Shown here piece by piece: positions 9,401 to 19,589 of a stretch of DNA of 64,000 nucleotides. The translations under genes were made by a program, and so were the position numbers. The stretch comes from an uncultured Chloroflexota bacterium (GTDB lineage: Bacteria > Chloroflexota > Dehalococcoidia > GIF9 > AB-539-J10): NCBI GenBank assembly GCA_903884455.1, contig CAISEW010000041.1, positions 17,335-81,334 on the forward strand. Direction: 5' to 3'. Below the pieces are notes generated by a model. That model did not search any database. It saw nothing but the letters and a program-made list of their open reading frames with translations, and was not told the DNA's origin. Numbering within the stretch: the first letter of the stretch is position 1; every line of letters starts with the position of its first letter.

Positions 9401-10980
9401 AAAGAATTTGGCAGCTTGCATTATTAGCTCTTCTCGTCGCTGCTTTATTGTTTTTGCCTTTGACTGCTTGCCAGCCATCTTCCAGCGGTCAAGGCGTCCT
9501 TAATCTATGGGATACTGGCCCTCTAACGCTTGACCCGGCGATTGCTGCCGACATGTCTTCTTATGTCTATGTCATGCACATCTTCTCTGGATTGGTTCGC
9601 CTTGACCAGAGTCTGAACATAGCGCCCGATATTGCTGAGAGCTGGGAGCCAAGCTCTGATAACAAAACATATACCTTCCACCTGCGCCAGGGAGTGAAAT
9701 TTCATGACGGCAGGGAGGTTAAAGCTGCCGATTTCAAATACTCCTGGGAACGAGCTTGCGACCCTGCTACTGGCTCTGGCACGGCCGCTACGTATCTGGG
9801 CGATATCGTTGGTGCCAAAGATATGCTGGCGGGAAAAACGGGAGAAATCCCTGGAGTCAAAGTCCTTGATGACTATACTCTTCAGGTTACCATTGATGCT
9901 CCCAAGGCTTACTTCTTGAACAAGCTGGCTTATCCTACCGCCTTCGTGGTTGATAGGGCTAATGTGGAATCCGGGAAGAATTGGTGGCGGGAACCAAACG
10001 GGACAGGCCCATTTAAGCTAAAGGAATGGAAAGAAGGGCAGCGGCTGATTTTGGAGCGTAGCCAGATTTATTACGGCGAACCTGCCAAATTGGGGCAGGT
10101 CGTCTTTCGCTTTCTCGCTGGTGTGCCCATGGCTCTCTACGAAACAGGGCAGATTGATGTTTCCCCTGTTTCCACGAGTTACATTGACGAGGTTAGTGAT
10201 GTGACTAATCCGCTTCATCAAGAGTTAACTGTAACGCCTGAGCTCAGCCTCTATTATATTGGCTTCAACACTGCCCAACCTCCTTTCGACGACGTTAACA
10301 TCCGCCGTGCCTTTTGTCTAGCTGTGAATAAAGAGCATATCGCTAAGGTGATATTGAAGGATATGGTAAATGAAGCTGAGGGTATTTTGCCGCCGGGCAT
10401 GCCTGGCTATAATGAGACTCTCGAGGGACTGGACTACGATGTGGAAAAGGCGAAAGAGCTCATCGCCGCCTCGAAATACGGAGATGTCTCGAACTTGCCC
10501 CCTATCACCCTGACTATGGAAGGCTATGGCAATAGCGTTCCCAGTTATCTTGGCGCCATCATCCAGGAATGGCAGCAAAATCTCGGCGTGGAAATCTCGG
10601 TGAGGCAACTGGAAACAGAGAATTTCCTCTATAACCTGAAACAAGAGAAGGATGAGCTGTTCATACTGGGCTGGGTAGCTGACTATCCCGACCCCCATAA
10701 TTTCCTGGATATTCTCTTTTATACCGGAAGCGAAAATAATATCTTCGAATACAGCAACCCCACCCTGGATGCTTTACTTGACCAGGCAGCTATAGAACAG
10801 AATAAGGCTGACCGCCTGGATATGTACCAGCAAGCTGAGCAGCTGGTAGTTGATGATGCTCCTTGCCTCCCCCTGTTCCATGGCACTAACTATATCCTGG
10901 TGAAGCCTTATGTCAAAGACTATGCGCTCAGTCCCTTGGGTATTCCCGACCTGAGCAAGGTGTATATCGACAGGGGCTAG
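9397..10980 (+). CDS. ABC peptide transporter substrate-binding lipoprotein (family 5)
   Basis: Lipobox LTAC; TLDPA, PDIAESW, YTFHLRQGVKFHDG, GTGPFKL. Confidence 0.9.
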   Translation: MKRIWQLALLALLVAALLFLPLTACQPSSSGQGVLNLWDTGPLTLDPAIAADMSSYVYVMHIFSGLVRLDQSLNIAPDIAESWEPSSDNKTYTFHLRQGVKFHDGREVKAADFKYSWERACDPATGSGTAATYLGDIVGAKDMLAGKTGEIPGVKVLDDYTLQVTIDAPKAYFLNKLAYPTAFVVDRANVESGKNWWREPNGTGPFKLKEWKEGQRLILERSQIYYGEPAKLGQVVFRFLAGVPMALYETGQIDVSPVSTSYIDEVSDVTNPLHQELTVTPELSLYYIGFNTAQPPFDDVNIRRAFCLAVNKEHIAKVILKDMVNEAEGILPPGMPGYNETLEGLDYDVEKAKELIAASKYGDVSNLPPITLTMEGYGNSVPSYLGAIIQEWQQNLGVEISVRQLETENFLYNLKQEKDELFILGWVADYPDPHNFLDILFYTGSENNIFEYSNPTLDALLDQAAIEQNKADRLDMYQQAEQLVVDDAPCLPLFHGTNYILVKPYVKDYALSPLGIPDLSKVYIDRG

Positions 10981-11120
10981 ATTCCAAATCCCAAAGGCGC
11001 TCCGCTTCAAATCCCAAATTCTAAGCACTAAATACCAAACAAATACTAAATTCAAAATCCTAAATGTTCGGTCATTTGTGCTATGATATTGTTTAGGATT
11101 TAGAAATTAGTATTTAGAGT
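10981..11120. repeat. AT-rich imperfect inverted short-unit repeat (CTAAAT..ATTTAG)
   Basis: aaatcccaaattctaagcactaaatacc...tttaggatttagaaattagtatttag; related stretches at 16662-16690 and 21326-21370. Confidence 0.55.
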
Positions 11121-11210
11121 TTTCCCCTTCAGGGATTGTCCTCGCCTACAGCACTGCCAAGCCGTCTCGAAGCTATGTTGGTGGTGTCCGTGGTGGTATA
11201 ATGATAAGGG

Positions 11211-12221
11211 ATGGAAAGGGAGGCGATGCTCTATGAGACACTCCCTGGTGGCAGGGCGAGGTGTCATGTTTGCCAGTGGAGGTGCCTTATTAATCCCGGT
11301 AAGCTTGGCGTCTGCCGTATGCGCATCAATCGGGATGGCAAGCTCTTTAGCATGAATTATGCCGAGGTATCCTCCATGGCGGCTGACCATATTGAGAAAA
11401 AACCTCTATTTCATTTCTTCCCTGGTACCTACGCCTTCTCCTTAGGCACCTGGGGATGCAATTTCCACTGCAAGGGATGCCAGAACTGGGAGATTTCCTG
11501 TGTGGATATTCCGCGGGGTTCCCAGCAATTGCTCCCGGAAAGAGAGATAGAGCTGACCAAGAGGTATAACTGCCAGGGCATTGCCTGGACTTACAATGAG
11601 CCGGCGATTTGGTTTGAATACACCTTGGACTCAGCCAAACTGGCTAAGAAGAATAATCTATACACTGTGTATGTGACCAATGGCTATGCCACGCCTGAAG
11701 CTCTGGATACCATAGGTCCCTGGCTTGATGCCTGGAGGGTGGATGTCAAGGGCTTCACCGACGGGTTCTATCGGCAGCTAGCCAAGATCCCTCAGTGGCA
11801 GGGCATTCTGGACGTCGCTAAGCGGGCTAAAGAGAAATGGCATATGCATGTTGAGGTGGTGACCAATATCATTCCTGCGATGAATGACGACGAGGAGCAG
11901 CTCAGGAACATTGCTACCTGGATTCGAGATAATCTAGGTGAGCTCACTCCCTGGCACGTAACTCGTTTCCATCCCCTGCACGAATTTACCCATCTGTCGG
12001 CTACTCCGCTATCCACTTTAGAAAGGGCATATAAGATTGGGAAAGAGGCGGGGCTGAAATTTGTCTATCTGGGCAATGTGCCGGGGCATGAGTATGAAAA
12101 TACCGTATGTTATTCTTGTGGCAAGAAGGTTGTTCAGCGCATTGGCTATGATACCCAGGTAGTGGGGCTGGATGGCTCAAGGTGTAAATTCTGCGGAACT
12201 GAGCTTGGTTTCCGGACATGA
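11211..12221 (+). CDS. amrS: AmmeMemoRadiSam system radical SAM enzyme
   Basis: DHIEKKPLFHFFPG, GCNFHCKGCQNWEIS, IAWTYNEP, VYLGNV. Confidence 0.9.
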   Translation: MEREAMLYETLPGGRARCHVCQWRCLINPGKLGVCRMRINRDGKLFSMNYAEVSSMAADHIEKKPLFHFFPGTYAFSLGTWGCNFHCKGCQNWEISCVDIPRGSQQLLPEREIELTKRYNCQGIAWTYNEPAIWFEYTLDSAKLAKKNNLYTVYVTNGYATPEALDTIGPWLDAWRVDVKGFTDGFYRQLAKIPQWQGILDVAKRAKEKWHMHVEVVTNIIPAMNDDEEQLRNIATWIRDNLGELTPWHVTRFHPLHEFTHLSATPLSTLERAYKIGKEAGLKFVYLGNVPGHEYENTVCYSCGKKVVQRIGYDTQVVGLDGSRCKFCGTELGFRT

Positions 12222-12233
12222 GAGAGGTGCTTT

Positions 12234-12749
12234 ATGGCAAGGGGACTTCATCCTGTGGTAAAACTGGCTAAGGAGGCTGTGGAAAGCTATGTTCGAGCTG
12301 GGAAAATGCCCAAGCCGAAGGAGTTGACTCCGGAAATGAGAGAGCGGGCAGGGGTTTTTGTTTCCCTTCATAAGCATGGGCAATTAAGAGGATGTATTGG
12401 CACCTTTGAGCCAACCAAGGATAATGTGGCTGAAGAAATCATGGCCAACGCTATTAGCTCATCTACCGCAGACCCTCGCTTTCCCCCGGTGGCTGCGTCT
12501 GAGCTTGATGACCTGGAATATAGTGTGGATATCCTTACTAAGCCTGAGCCAGTCACAGATATCAACCAACTTGACCCTCTGACATACGGCGTTATCGTGG
12601 AGAGTGGTTGGAAAAGGGGACTTTTACTGCCTGCTCTGGAAGGTGTAGATAGCGTTGAGGAGCAAATCGCTATTTGCCGGCTCAAGGCGGGGATATCAGC
12701 CAGCGAGCCGATTGAACTTTATCGCTTTCAGGTGAGAAGATTCAAGTAA
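12234..12749 (+). CDS. amrA: AmmeMemoRadiSam system protein A (AMMECR1 domain)
   Basis: GVFVSL...LRGCIGT, DPRF, GLLLP. Confidence 0.9.
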   Translation: MARGLHPVVKLAKEAVESYVRAGKMPKPKELTPEMRERAGVFVSLHKHGQLRGCIGTFEPTKDNVAEEIMANAISSSTADPRFPPVAASELDDLEYSVDILTKPEPVTDINQLDPLTYGVIVESGWKRGLLLPALEGVDSVEEQIAICRLKAGISASEPIELYRFQVRRFK

Positions 12750-12768
12750 CAGATTGTGATTACCAATA

Positions 12769-14112
12769 ATGGACAGGATGCCTCTTTTCGACCTACCGGA
12801 GGAAAAGGACTTACCTCAGAGTATGCCCTTGGCGGCAAGGATGCGACCACAGACGTTTGCTGAGTTCGTGGGGCAGGAACATTTGGTTGGCGAGGGACGG
12901 GTGCTCCGGAAATGCATCGAGGCAGACCAGCTACCTTCTATGGTATTCTGGGGACCGCCAGGCAGCGGAAAAACAACTCTGGCTCACATTATCGCCAATG
13001 TGACCAGAGCGCACTTCAGCTCTCTTAGTGCCGTGAGTGCCGGGGTAGCTGATTTGCGGCGTGTTATCGGGGAAGCTAAAAAGAGACTGAAATCATCGGG
13101 ACAGAGAACCATTCTTTTCGTTGATGAGATTCACCGTTTTAATAAGGCGCAACAGGACGCCGTATTGCCTTTCGTGGAAAATGGTACAGTGACTTTCATT
13201 GGAGCCACTACGGAAAATCCCTCCTTCGAAATTATCTCTCCGCTTCTTTCCCGGTGCCGGGTTTTTCGATTGAATCTGCTGAGTGACGACGAGGTCAGGC
13301 TCATTGTGGAGCGAGTCATTGAGAATAAAGAAAGAGGGCTGGGGAAGTTCCAGATTACCATAGGTGAGGAAGCTCTGCGCCACTTGGTGACCATGTCCAA
13401 TGGAGATGCCCGGGTGGCATTGAACGCTTTAGAGATGGCGGTATTTGCTACTTTGCCTGACAGTGATGGCTTGCGGTCAATAGACCTGCCGGCCATTGAG
13501 GAGGCACTACAGCACCGTGCTTTGCTGTATGATAAGAGCGGTGACCAGCATTATGACCTGATTTCGGCACTGCATAAATCCTTACGAGGCTCCGACCCCG
13601 ATGCTGCTTTATATTGGTTGGGGCGTATGCTTGAAGCCGGGGAGGACCCTTTGTATATCGCCCGTCGCCTGGTGCGCTTTGCTTCTGAGGACGTTGGCGT
13701 GGCTGACCCTCAAGCACTGGTGATAGTGGTAGCTGCCCAGCAGGCAGTGCACTTCGTGGGCTTACCCGAAGGGAATCTTGCTTTAGCTGAGGCCGTGGTT
13801 TATCTGGCCGTTGCTCCTAAAAGCAACTCGTTGTACCAGGCTTACTCCCGGGTTCAACAGGACATCCAGCATGGCCGAAATGAGCCTGTGCCACTCCACC
13901 TGCGTAACCCGGTAACCGGCTTGATGCGGCAGACGGGATATGGCCGGGGCTATAAATATGCCCATGATTATCCTGACCATTTTGTCAAGCAACAAAACCT
14001 ACCGCCTTCGCTTCAGGGAAAACGCTATTACACCCCCGGTGACCAGGGCTATGAAAAGGAGATTGCTGACAGGCTAAAGAAGTGGTGGGGGAAGTCGCAT
14101 GAAGAGGTGTAA
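12769..14112 (+). CDS. rarA: replication-associated recombination protein A (MgsA/RarA AAA+ ATPase)
   Basis: PLAARMRP, GPPGSGKTT, DEIHRFNKAQQD, ISALHKSLRGSD, YKYAHD. Confidence 0.95.
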   Translation: MDRMPLFDLPEEKDLPQSMPLAARMRPQTFAEFVGQEHLVGEGRVLRKCIEADQLPSMVFWGPPGSGKTTLAHIIANVTRAHFSSLSAVSAGVADLRRVIGEAKKRLKSSGQRTILFVDEIHRFNKAQQDAVLPFVENGTVTFIGATTENPSFEIISPLLSRCRVFRLNLLSDDEVRLIVERVIENKERGLGKFQITIGEEALRHLVTMSNGDARVALNALEMAVFATLPDSDGLRSIDLPAIEEALQHRALLYDKSGDQHYDLISALHKSLRGSDPDAALYWLGRMLEAGEDPLYIARRLVRFASEDVGVADPQALVIVVAAQQAVHFVGLPEGNLALAEAVVYLAVAPKSNSLYQAYSRVQQDIQHGRNEPVPLHLRNPVTGLMRQTGYGRGYKYAHDYPDHFVKQQNLPPSLQGKRYYTPGDQGYEKEIADRLKKWWGKSHEEV

Positions 14113-14204
14113 AGCATAGTGGGAGTTTCTTACCGCGTGCTATAATGCGAGACGGACCTGAGGGGATCCTGGAGATAGAAGGTATGTATTGATGGAGGTG
14201 CACT

Positions 14205-14837
14205 TTGGCTAAGTTTTCCCTAATCCCTAGAGATATGAAGTTCTACGACCTGTTCGAACAGGAGACGGCTAATCTGGTCGTTGCTGCCGAAAAGCTGGTT
14301 GACCTCTTTAACAACTACGAAAACGTGGAAGCAAAAGCAGGAGAGCTTAAGGATTTCGAACATAGAGGCGACGTTATAACACACGAGATAATAGCCCGGG
14401 TGCATCGGAGCTTTGTGACACCCATTGACAGAGAGGATATTACTCTTCTCGCCCACAGCTTGGACGATGTCATGGATTTCATTGAGGCTGCGGGCAGGAC
14501 AGCCTACCTTTATCATATTGCTCAACCCACGGAGAGGGCCCGAGAGCTGGCCCAAATTGTGGATAAGATGGCACGCAAATTGAACGAGGTAATGCCTCAG
14601 TTACGTCATCGTGACAAGTTCAAATGGATTCTAAAGCAATGTGTGGAGATTAACACTCTGGAAAACGAAGCTGATGATGTGCAACATGCTGCCCTGGCTG
14701 AGCTGTTCGAAGCCTGTGCCGGTAACGCATGTGAGGTAATCAAATGGCGCGAACTGTATGGACACTTGGAAGATGCCACTGACCGAGGGGAAGATGTCGC
14801 CAATGTACTTGAGGGGGTAGTCCTCAAGTATGCCTGA
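14205..14837 (+). CDS. DUF47/PhoU-like phosphate transport regulator
   Basis: EHRGD, FVTPIDRED, LENEAD motifs; lies upstream of pit; TTG start with GGAGG RBS. Confidence 0.85.
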   Translation: MAKFSLIPRDMKFYDLFEQETANLVVAAEKLVDLFNNYENVEAKAGELKDFEHRGDVITHEIIARVHRSFVTPIDREDITLLAHSLDDVMDFIEAAGRTAYLYHIAQPTERARELAQIVDKMARKLNEVMPQLRHRDKFKWILKQCVEINTLENEADDVQHAALAELFEACAGNACEVIKWRELYGHLEDATDRGEDVANVLEGVVLKYA

Positions 14838-15027
14838 CGGCAGCTTTCTTCTGATAGCCGCTTTAGTATTAGTGCTGGCCGCCGAGTTTGTTAATGGCTG
14901 GACGGACGCTCCCAATGCTATCGCTACCGTGGTTTCTACTCGTGTCCTTTCCCCATCTCAGGCTGTGCTTATGACTGCTGTCCTTAATCGCACCGTGATT
15001 AGTGTTGCACTGAGGACTTTATGGTGA
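14830..15027 (+). pseudogene. truncated N-terminal fragment of a second PiT transporter
   Basis: EFVNGWTDAPNAIATVVSTRVLSP is a PiT signature; the ORF ends after 65 aa and overlaps the full pit gene. Confidence 0.8.
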
Positions 15028-16031
15028 CATTAGGCCTGCCATTCATAATCTTTGTCATCATTATAGCCCTTACGTTCGATTTCACCAACGGCATGCATGA
15101 TGCCGCTAATTCAATTTCCACTATTGTCTCTACCAGGGTCCTATCACCGAGACTGGCTGTCATCTGGGCAGCTTTCTTCAACTTTATCGCTTTTCTTATA
15201 TTTGGCACTACTGTGGCGTCGACAATTGGAAGGGGAATGATTAATGTCAATGCAGTAACTCCGACTGTGGTCTTTGCCGGATTGCTTGGAGCTATATCAT
15301 GGAATCTGATTACCTGGTATTTCGGGCTGCCCAGCAGTTCTTCTCATGCTCTAATCGGCGGATACGCCGGAGCAGCGATAGCAAAGAGCGGCCTGGGAGT
15401 ACTAATCGCCGCTGGCTGGTACAAGACATTGATTTTTATTGCCCTGGCGCCCATAATCGGCCTAGTTCTCGGTTTCTTTCTAAAGATTGCTGCCACCTGG
15501 ATGATATATTTGAATAAACAAGCTCCAGCTACTGTTGACAGATGGTCTCGGATATTGCAACTTTTTTCTGCGGCAGCCTATAGCCTGGGCCATGGTAGTA
15601 ATGATGCACAGAAGACCATGGGTATCACCACCAGTCTTCTTTTTGCCGGCGGGTTGATTTCTGAATTCAAGATACCTCTGTGGGTTATTCTCAGCGCACA
15701 TGCCGCCATAGCTCTGGGCACGCTCAGTGGCGGCTGGCGGATTGTCAAAACAATGGGGCAAAGGATTACCAAATTACAGCCAATTGATGGTTTTTGCGCC
15801 GAAACATCCAGTGCAGCCAGTATTTTCTTGGCTACACATCTCGGTATTCCGGTGAGTACCACCCATGTTATCACCGGGGCAATATCTGGTGTTGGTTCTG
15901 CCAATCGGCTTTCTGCTGTCCGCTGGAACGTGACCATCCGCATTGTTTGGGCCTGGATTTTCACCATCCCAGCTGCCGCTGTAATGTCTGGCCTCATCTA
16001 TTTCCTGGCTAGGGTATTTCTTCCTGCCTAG
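15021..16031 (+). CDS. pit: inorganic phosphate transporter (PiT family)
   Basis: NGMHDAANSISTIVSTR, GLPSSSSHAL, HGSNDAQK, PVSTTH. Confidence 0.95.
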   Translation: MVTLGLPFIIFVIIIALTFDFTNGMHDAANSISTIVSTRVLSPRLAVIWAAFFNFIAFLIFGTTVASTIGRGMINVNAVTPTVVFAGLLGAISWNLITWYFGLPSSSSHALIGGYAGAAIAKSGLGVLIAAGWYKTLIFIALAPIIGLVLGFFLKIAATWMIYLNKQAPATVDRWSRILQLFSAAAYSLGHGSNDAQKTMGITTSLLFAGGLISEFKIPLWVILSAHAAIALGTLSGGWRIVKTMGQRITKLQPIDGFCAETSSAASIFLATHLGIPVSTTHVITGAISGVGSANRLSAVRWNVTIRIVWAWIFTIPAAAVMSGLIYFLARVFLPA

Positions 16032-16136
16032 ATGAAGTGGTTTTAGATAAATGTCTGGCTGTCATCATCGTACATTTAGTCTGGTACGACGCCCGGCTGG
16101 GTAATAGCGTCGCTTCTGAAGATTGCCTTGTGAAGT

Positions 16137-16177
16137 GACAAAACCTCTTTGTCTCTTTAGAACACCTGTGCCATAAT
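16137..16177 (+). promoter_or_regulatory. sigma70 promoter with LexA-like box, upstream of the terminase operon
   Basis: -35 TTGTCT (16149), 17-bp spacer, -10 CATAAT (16172); AGAAC-ACCT-GTGCC at 16159-16172; 26/35 ungapped identity to 27414-27448. Confidence 0.65.
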
Positions 16178-16222
16178 TTAGCTTCGCTAAATGGGTAATA
16201 AGGGTTCAATAAGGAAAGTAGA

Positions 16223-16369
16223 TTGAGTTTGAAGCTATTGCCGGCGGCTCTTCAGAGGCAAGATTACAACCTGGCAGCTCATGTTCTCGTCTATGGCTTG
16301 GTCAAAGCCTCGGTAGAAAACCCCAAAAAGTGTTATGGCAGCAAAAGGAAAAGGCCAGAGAAAGAGTAG
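16223..16369 (+). CDS. small hypothetical protein (48 aa), first gene of the terminase operon
   Basis: TTG start after AAGGAAAG; MSLKLLPAALQRQDYNLAAHVLVYGLVKASVENPKKCYGSKRKRPEKE*; overlaps the next gene; below the ORF-track cutoff. Confidence 0.5.
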   Translation: MSLKLLPAALQRQDYNLAAHVLVYGLVKASVENPKKCYGSKRKRPEKE

Positions 16370-16691
16370 CCCACGGGGTTTCTATAGCCGGGCCTTGGAC
16401 GAGGCAGAAAAGCTCGAGCTGGAAGAAGCTTCTCATGTCGAAGGAATCGACGAGGAGATTGCCCTTCTCAGAGTAAAGCTCAGGGAACTTCTGGAAGAGC
16501 AGCCAGAGCGAATCGACCTGCACTTCGAGGCTGCCAATATCATAGCCCGGCTGGTAAGAACCCGATATCAAATTACCAAAGAGCAAAAGAAGTCCCTCAA
16601 GGAAGCCATCCAGAAAGTCTTGACCGAAGTCGCTATGCCCCTGGGGGTTGGGGTGGGCGGAAAAATCCTAAGCACTAAATCCCGAAATTAA
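16335..16691 (+). CDS. putative terminase small subunit
   Basis: Basic N-terminus, then GFYS..L...E....IDEEIALLR helical pattern; directly upstream of TerL. Confidence 0.6.
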   Translation: MAAKGKGQRKSSPRGFYSRALDEAEKLELEEASHVEGIDEEIALLRVKLRELLEEQPERIDLHFEAANIIARLVRTRYQITKEQKKSLKEAIQKVLTEVAMPLGVGVGGKILSTKSRN

Positions 16692-16759
16692 TAGTCAGTA
16701 GTCAGTAGATTCCTCTACTGGCTACTGGATTCTGTATTCTTGTTACTACCACTATTTTT
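16688..16759. repeat. heptamer-built palindromic element (AGTAGTC/AGAATTC...CTACTG), copy 1
   Basis: taatagtcagtagtcagtag...ctactggattctgtattcttgttactacc; near-identical inverted copy at 21371-21455; relatives at 31405-31480 and 32686-32746. Confidence 0.75.
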
Positions 16760-18161
16760 ATGGAACTAAGACCTTATCAAATGGAAGTAGCGCGGGCGGC
16801 TATGGACTCTATCCAGAAGGGAATGGGACTGACCTTTTCTGTGGAGATTGCTAGGCAAGGCGGCAAAAACGAGCTTTCAGCGCATCTGGAAATTCTGCTG
16901 TTAACGCTCTATATGGCTAAGGGAGGCAATCTTATAAAGTGCTCCCCGACCTTTAAGCCTCAAACCATTATATCTATAGAAAGGTTAAAGCAGAGGCTGG
17001 ATGATTTCGGTTTTGCCGGCATTTATCGTCTCCAGATGGGCTATATTGTTCAGCTCGGCAACGCTAAAGCCATCTTTCTATCGGCTGAGGGCTCGTCTTC
17101 AGTGGTGGGACACACCCGCTGACATACTTCTGGAGATTGATGAATCGCAAGATATTAGCAAGGAAAAGTACACCAGGGAATTCCGCCCCATGGGTTCCGC
17201 TACCAACGTGACTACGATTCTTTATGGCACTACCTGGGATGATAGCACCTTGCTGGAAGAGGTAAAGCAGGCTAATCTGGAACTGGAAAGAGAGGACGGC
17301 ATTAAGCGCCACTTTAGATATGATTGGCAGGAGGTAGGCCGGTACAATCCTGACTATGTCAAGTTCGTCCAGGCGGAGCGGCAAAGACTGGGTGAAGAGC
17401 ATCCCCTGTTCAGGACTCAATATGCTTTATTACCTATCACCCATGGCGGGGGCTTCCTATCACGGCAACAGATAGCTCTGGTGCTGGGAGAACACCACAG
17501 GCAATCGCAGCCTGAGGGGAAGAGGACTTATATTGCTGGTGTAGATTTGGCCGGAGAACATGAGCCGGAAATGACAGGGGAAGACGCTCCTGACAATAAT
17601 AGGGGAAAAGGATGTGATTCCACAGTAATCACCATTGCCGAGGTGGATGCCCGCCTGCCAAGCCTTGGCGGGCAGGCCACCAATCCATCACAGCCACTGT
17701 TGAAAGTTGTGGAGCAATACCGGTGGACGGGAACGCCCCATAGCCAACTTTTTACCCAGATGACGGATATCCTTAAGAACGTCTGGAACTGCCGCAGGAT
17801 AGTGGTGGACGCCACCGGCATTGGTCAGCCTGTAGCTAGCTTTCTCAGAAAGGAACTGGGAAGCCGGATCATCCCATTTGTCATTACCTCCAAAAGCAAA
17901 TCCGACATGGGCTTTGAGCTATTGTCCTTTATCAATTCCGGGAGGCTTAAACTCTACAAGCAGGATGGCTCCAGGGAGTATAAGGAGACCCTGTTTGAGC
18001 TAGAAAGAGCCAGGGTGCAATATCGCCCCAACCAAACGATGAACTTTTATGTTGACCCTCAAGAGGGGCATGATGATCTTCTCGTGAGTCTGGCTCTGGT
18101 GATCCAGGCCGCTAAAGGTCTTAGCCCCCGGGGAGCCAAAGGTTGGCTCCGGGAAAGCTAG
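16760..18161 (+). CDS. terL: terminase large subunit (one apparent extra base at about 17115-17117)
   Basis: LRPYQ adenine motif, ARQGGKN Walker A, LLEIDE Walker B, YGTT coupling motif, RNase H-like nuclease IAGVDLA..DATGIG..HDDLL; removing one C from ACCCGCT joins the two ORFs (GHT-ADILLEIDE). Confidence 0.85.
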
Positions 18162-18186
18162 GCAGGGGTCGGGCTTGCCCCCGGCT

Positions 18187-19365
18187 TCATTCCAATTTAG
18201 GCAAGTCTTTGCCTAGCTCAGCCAGGGATTCAATCCTCTTCTTAGTTTCTTCTAATTGTCCCTTATGTTCATGGGCAAACTGCGTAGCTTGCTCGTAAAA
18301 CTCTTTTATCCTGGGCACAAAGGCTAACTGGGATAATATCAAGGTAACGTCGATGTAGTGCTTTTCTCCGGGAAAATCGCCGCCGCGAATCAGGGCGGTG
18401 GGTGCCAGTTCCTTGATGTAATCGCTAATGTTCTTGACCATGTCCATATTCAGATCTTTTTCCGGACCAGATATGATATATATAGCTTTGCCGGCATCCT
18501 TAGGGCTACAAGTAAGGGAAAGGTCAGAGATGGTGGCGTCTAGGGCTTGTGTCCCCCTGAAGCTTTCCAGAGCTTTGTCGCGGAAAGTCTTCTTCCTTAT
18601 CTCCCAGGGAAAACGGAATGAAGGAAGCTCAGTTCTCCCCAGGCCAATGGTGGTCCATCCCTCTAGGCTGGCAATTATGTCCCCGGCGTCTATCGTCCGC
18701 GAACCTACGTATTTGGCCTTGGTTACCTCACCGGCGCACATTAAATCATAGAAGGGCTCGGCAATCATCCTGTTTATTATATCTATGTTACTAACGAGAC
18801 TGGCATCTTTTCTCACATACCTCTGGTTATCCGCGAGAAAAACGGCATCCACTAAGTCATAAGTGGATTTCAGGCAAGTGGCGGTGTTATATGTGCTCCT
18901 GGACTCTGTGGTCTGCTCGTGCTCAAAAGGCAAAACTATCAGGGCATAAACTGGCTTGCCAATATATCTATCCTTAACTGCCTTGGCTATTATGGGTAGC
19001 GCTCCCGACCCTGTGCCGCCGGCAGCGCCAGCCATGAGAAGAAAACCATGTGTCTCGTAAAACTGTGAACTAGCTTTCACGGCATCCAGTACCTTATCAC
19101 CGTCCTCCTTAGCCAATTGAGCTCCTAGCTCGTTTATCTTGCCTACCCCGTGTCCCAGGGTCTGGCGCAAGCCCAGGAGCACCCGGTGCGTGTAGTCGTT
19201 CTTGATAAACCTTAGTCCGGTCAAATCAGCCTGATCTGTATTCACGGCAATGACGACGGGGGCTATGGTGGCCTTGCGCTGAGCATGCGCCTTGAGATTT
19301 AGCCTGGCAAAGTGGTCAGCAATCCGGCATCCACACTGCCCCAGTCCAATAACTGTTAGCTTCAT
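18187..19365 (-). CDS. tubulin/FtsZ superfamily GTPase, CetZ-like
   Basis: MKLTVIGLGQCG, AVNTDQADL, GHGVG..NELGA, AGGTGSG, CAGEV..IDAGDII; closely parallels archaeal CetZ and lacks the FtsZ C-terminal linker/peptide. Confidence 0.85.
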   Translation of the reverse strand: MKLTVIGLGQCGCRIADHFARLNLKAHAQRKATIAPVVIAVNTDQADLTGLRFIKNDYTHRVLLGLRQTLGHGVGKINELGAQLAKEDGDKVLDAVKASSQFYETHGFLLMAGAAGGTGSGALPIIAKAVKDRYIGKPVYALIVLPFEHEQTTESRSTYNTATCLKSTYDLVDAVFLADNQRYVRKDASLVSNIDIINRMIAEPFYDLMCAGEVTKAKYVGSRTIDAGDIIASLEGWTTIGLGRTELPSFRFPWEIRKKTFRDKALESFRGTQALDATISDLSLTCSPKDAGKAIYIISGPEKDLNMDMVKNISDYIKELAPTALIRGGDFPGEKHYIDVTLILSQLAFVPRIKEFYEQATQFAHEHKGQLEETKKRIESLAELGKDLPKLE

Positions 19366-19407
19366 TTTTCCCTCCTTCTTTCTTTACCGTTGTTTACCCT
19401 CTTGTTG

Positions 19408-19558
19408 GTCATTGCGAGCGGAGCGAATGCGGAGCGCGGCAATCTCCTTCCCCCGTAGCCCCTCCGAGATTGCTTCGTCGCCCCGATGAATCGAGGCTCC
19501 TCGCAATGACAAAGGGGAGGGTATTGCTTCGGCTGACGGAGTCAGCCTCGCAATGACA
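19408..19558. repeat. cluster of 3 TGTCATTGCGA..GCAATC palindromic elements
   Basis: Copies at 19408-19446 (+), 19466-19511 (-), 19523-19558 (-). Confidence 0.9.
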
Positions 19559-19589
19559 GGAAGGGACCGTGCCTGGCAATGGCGCTCCT

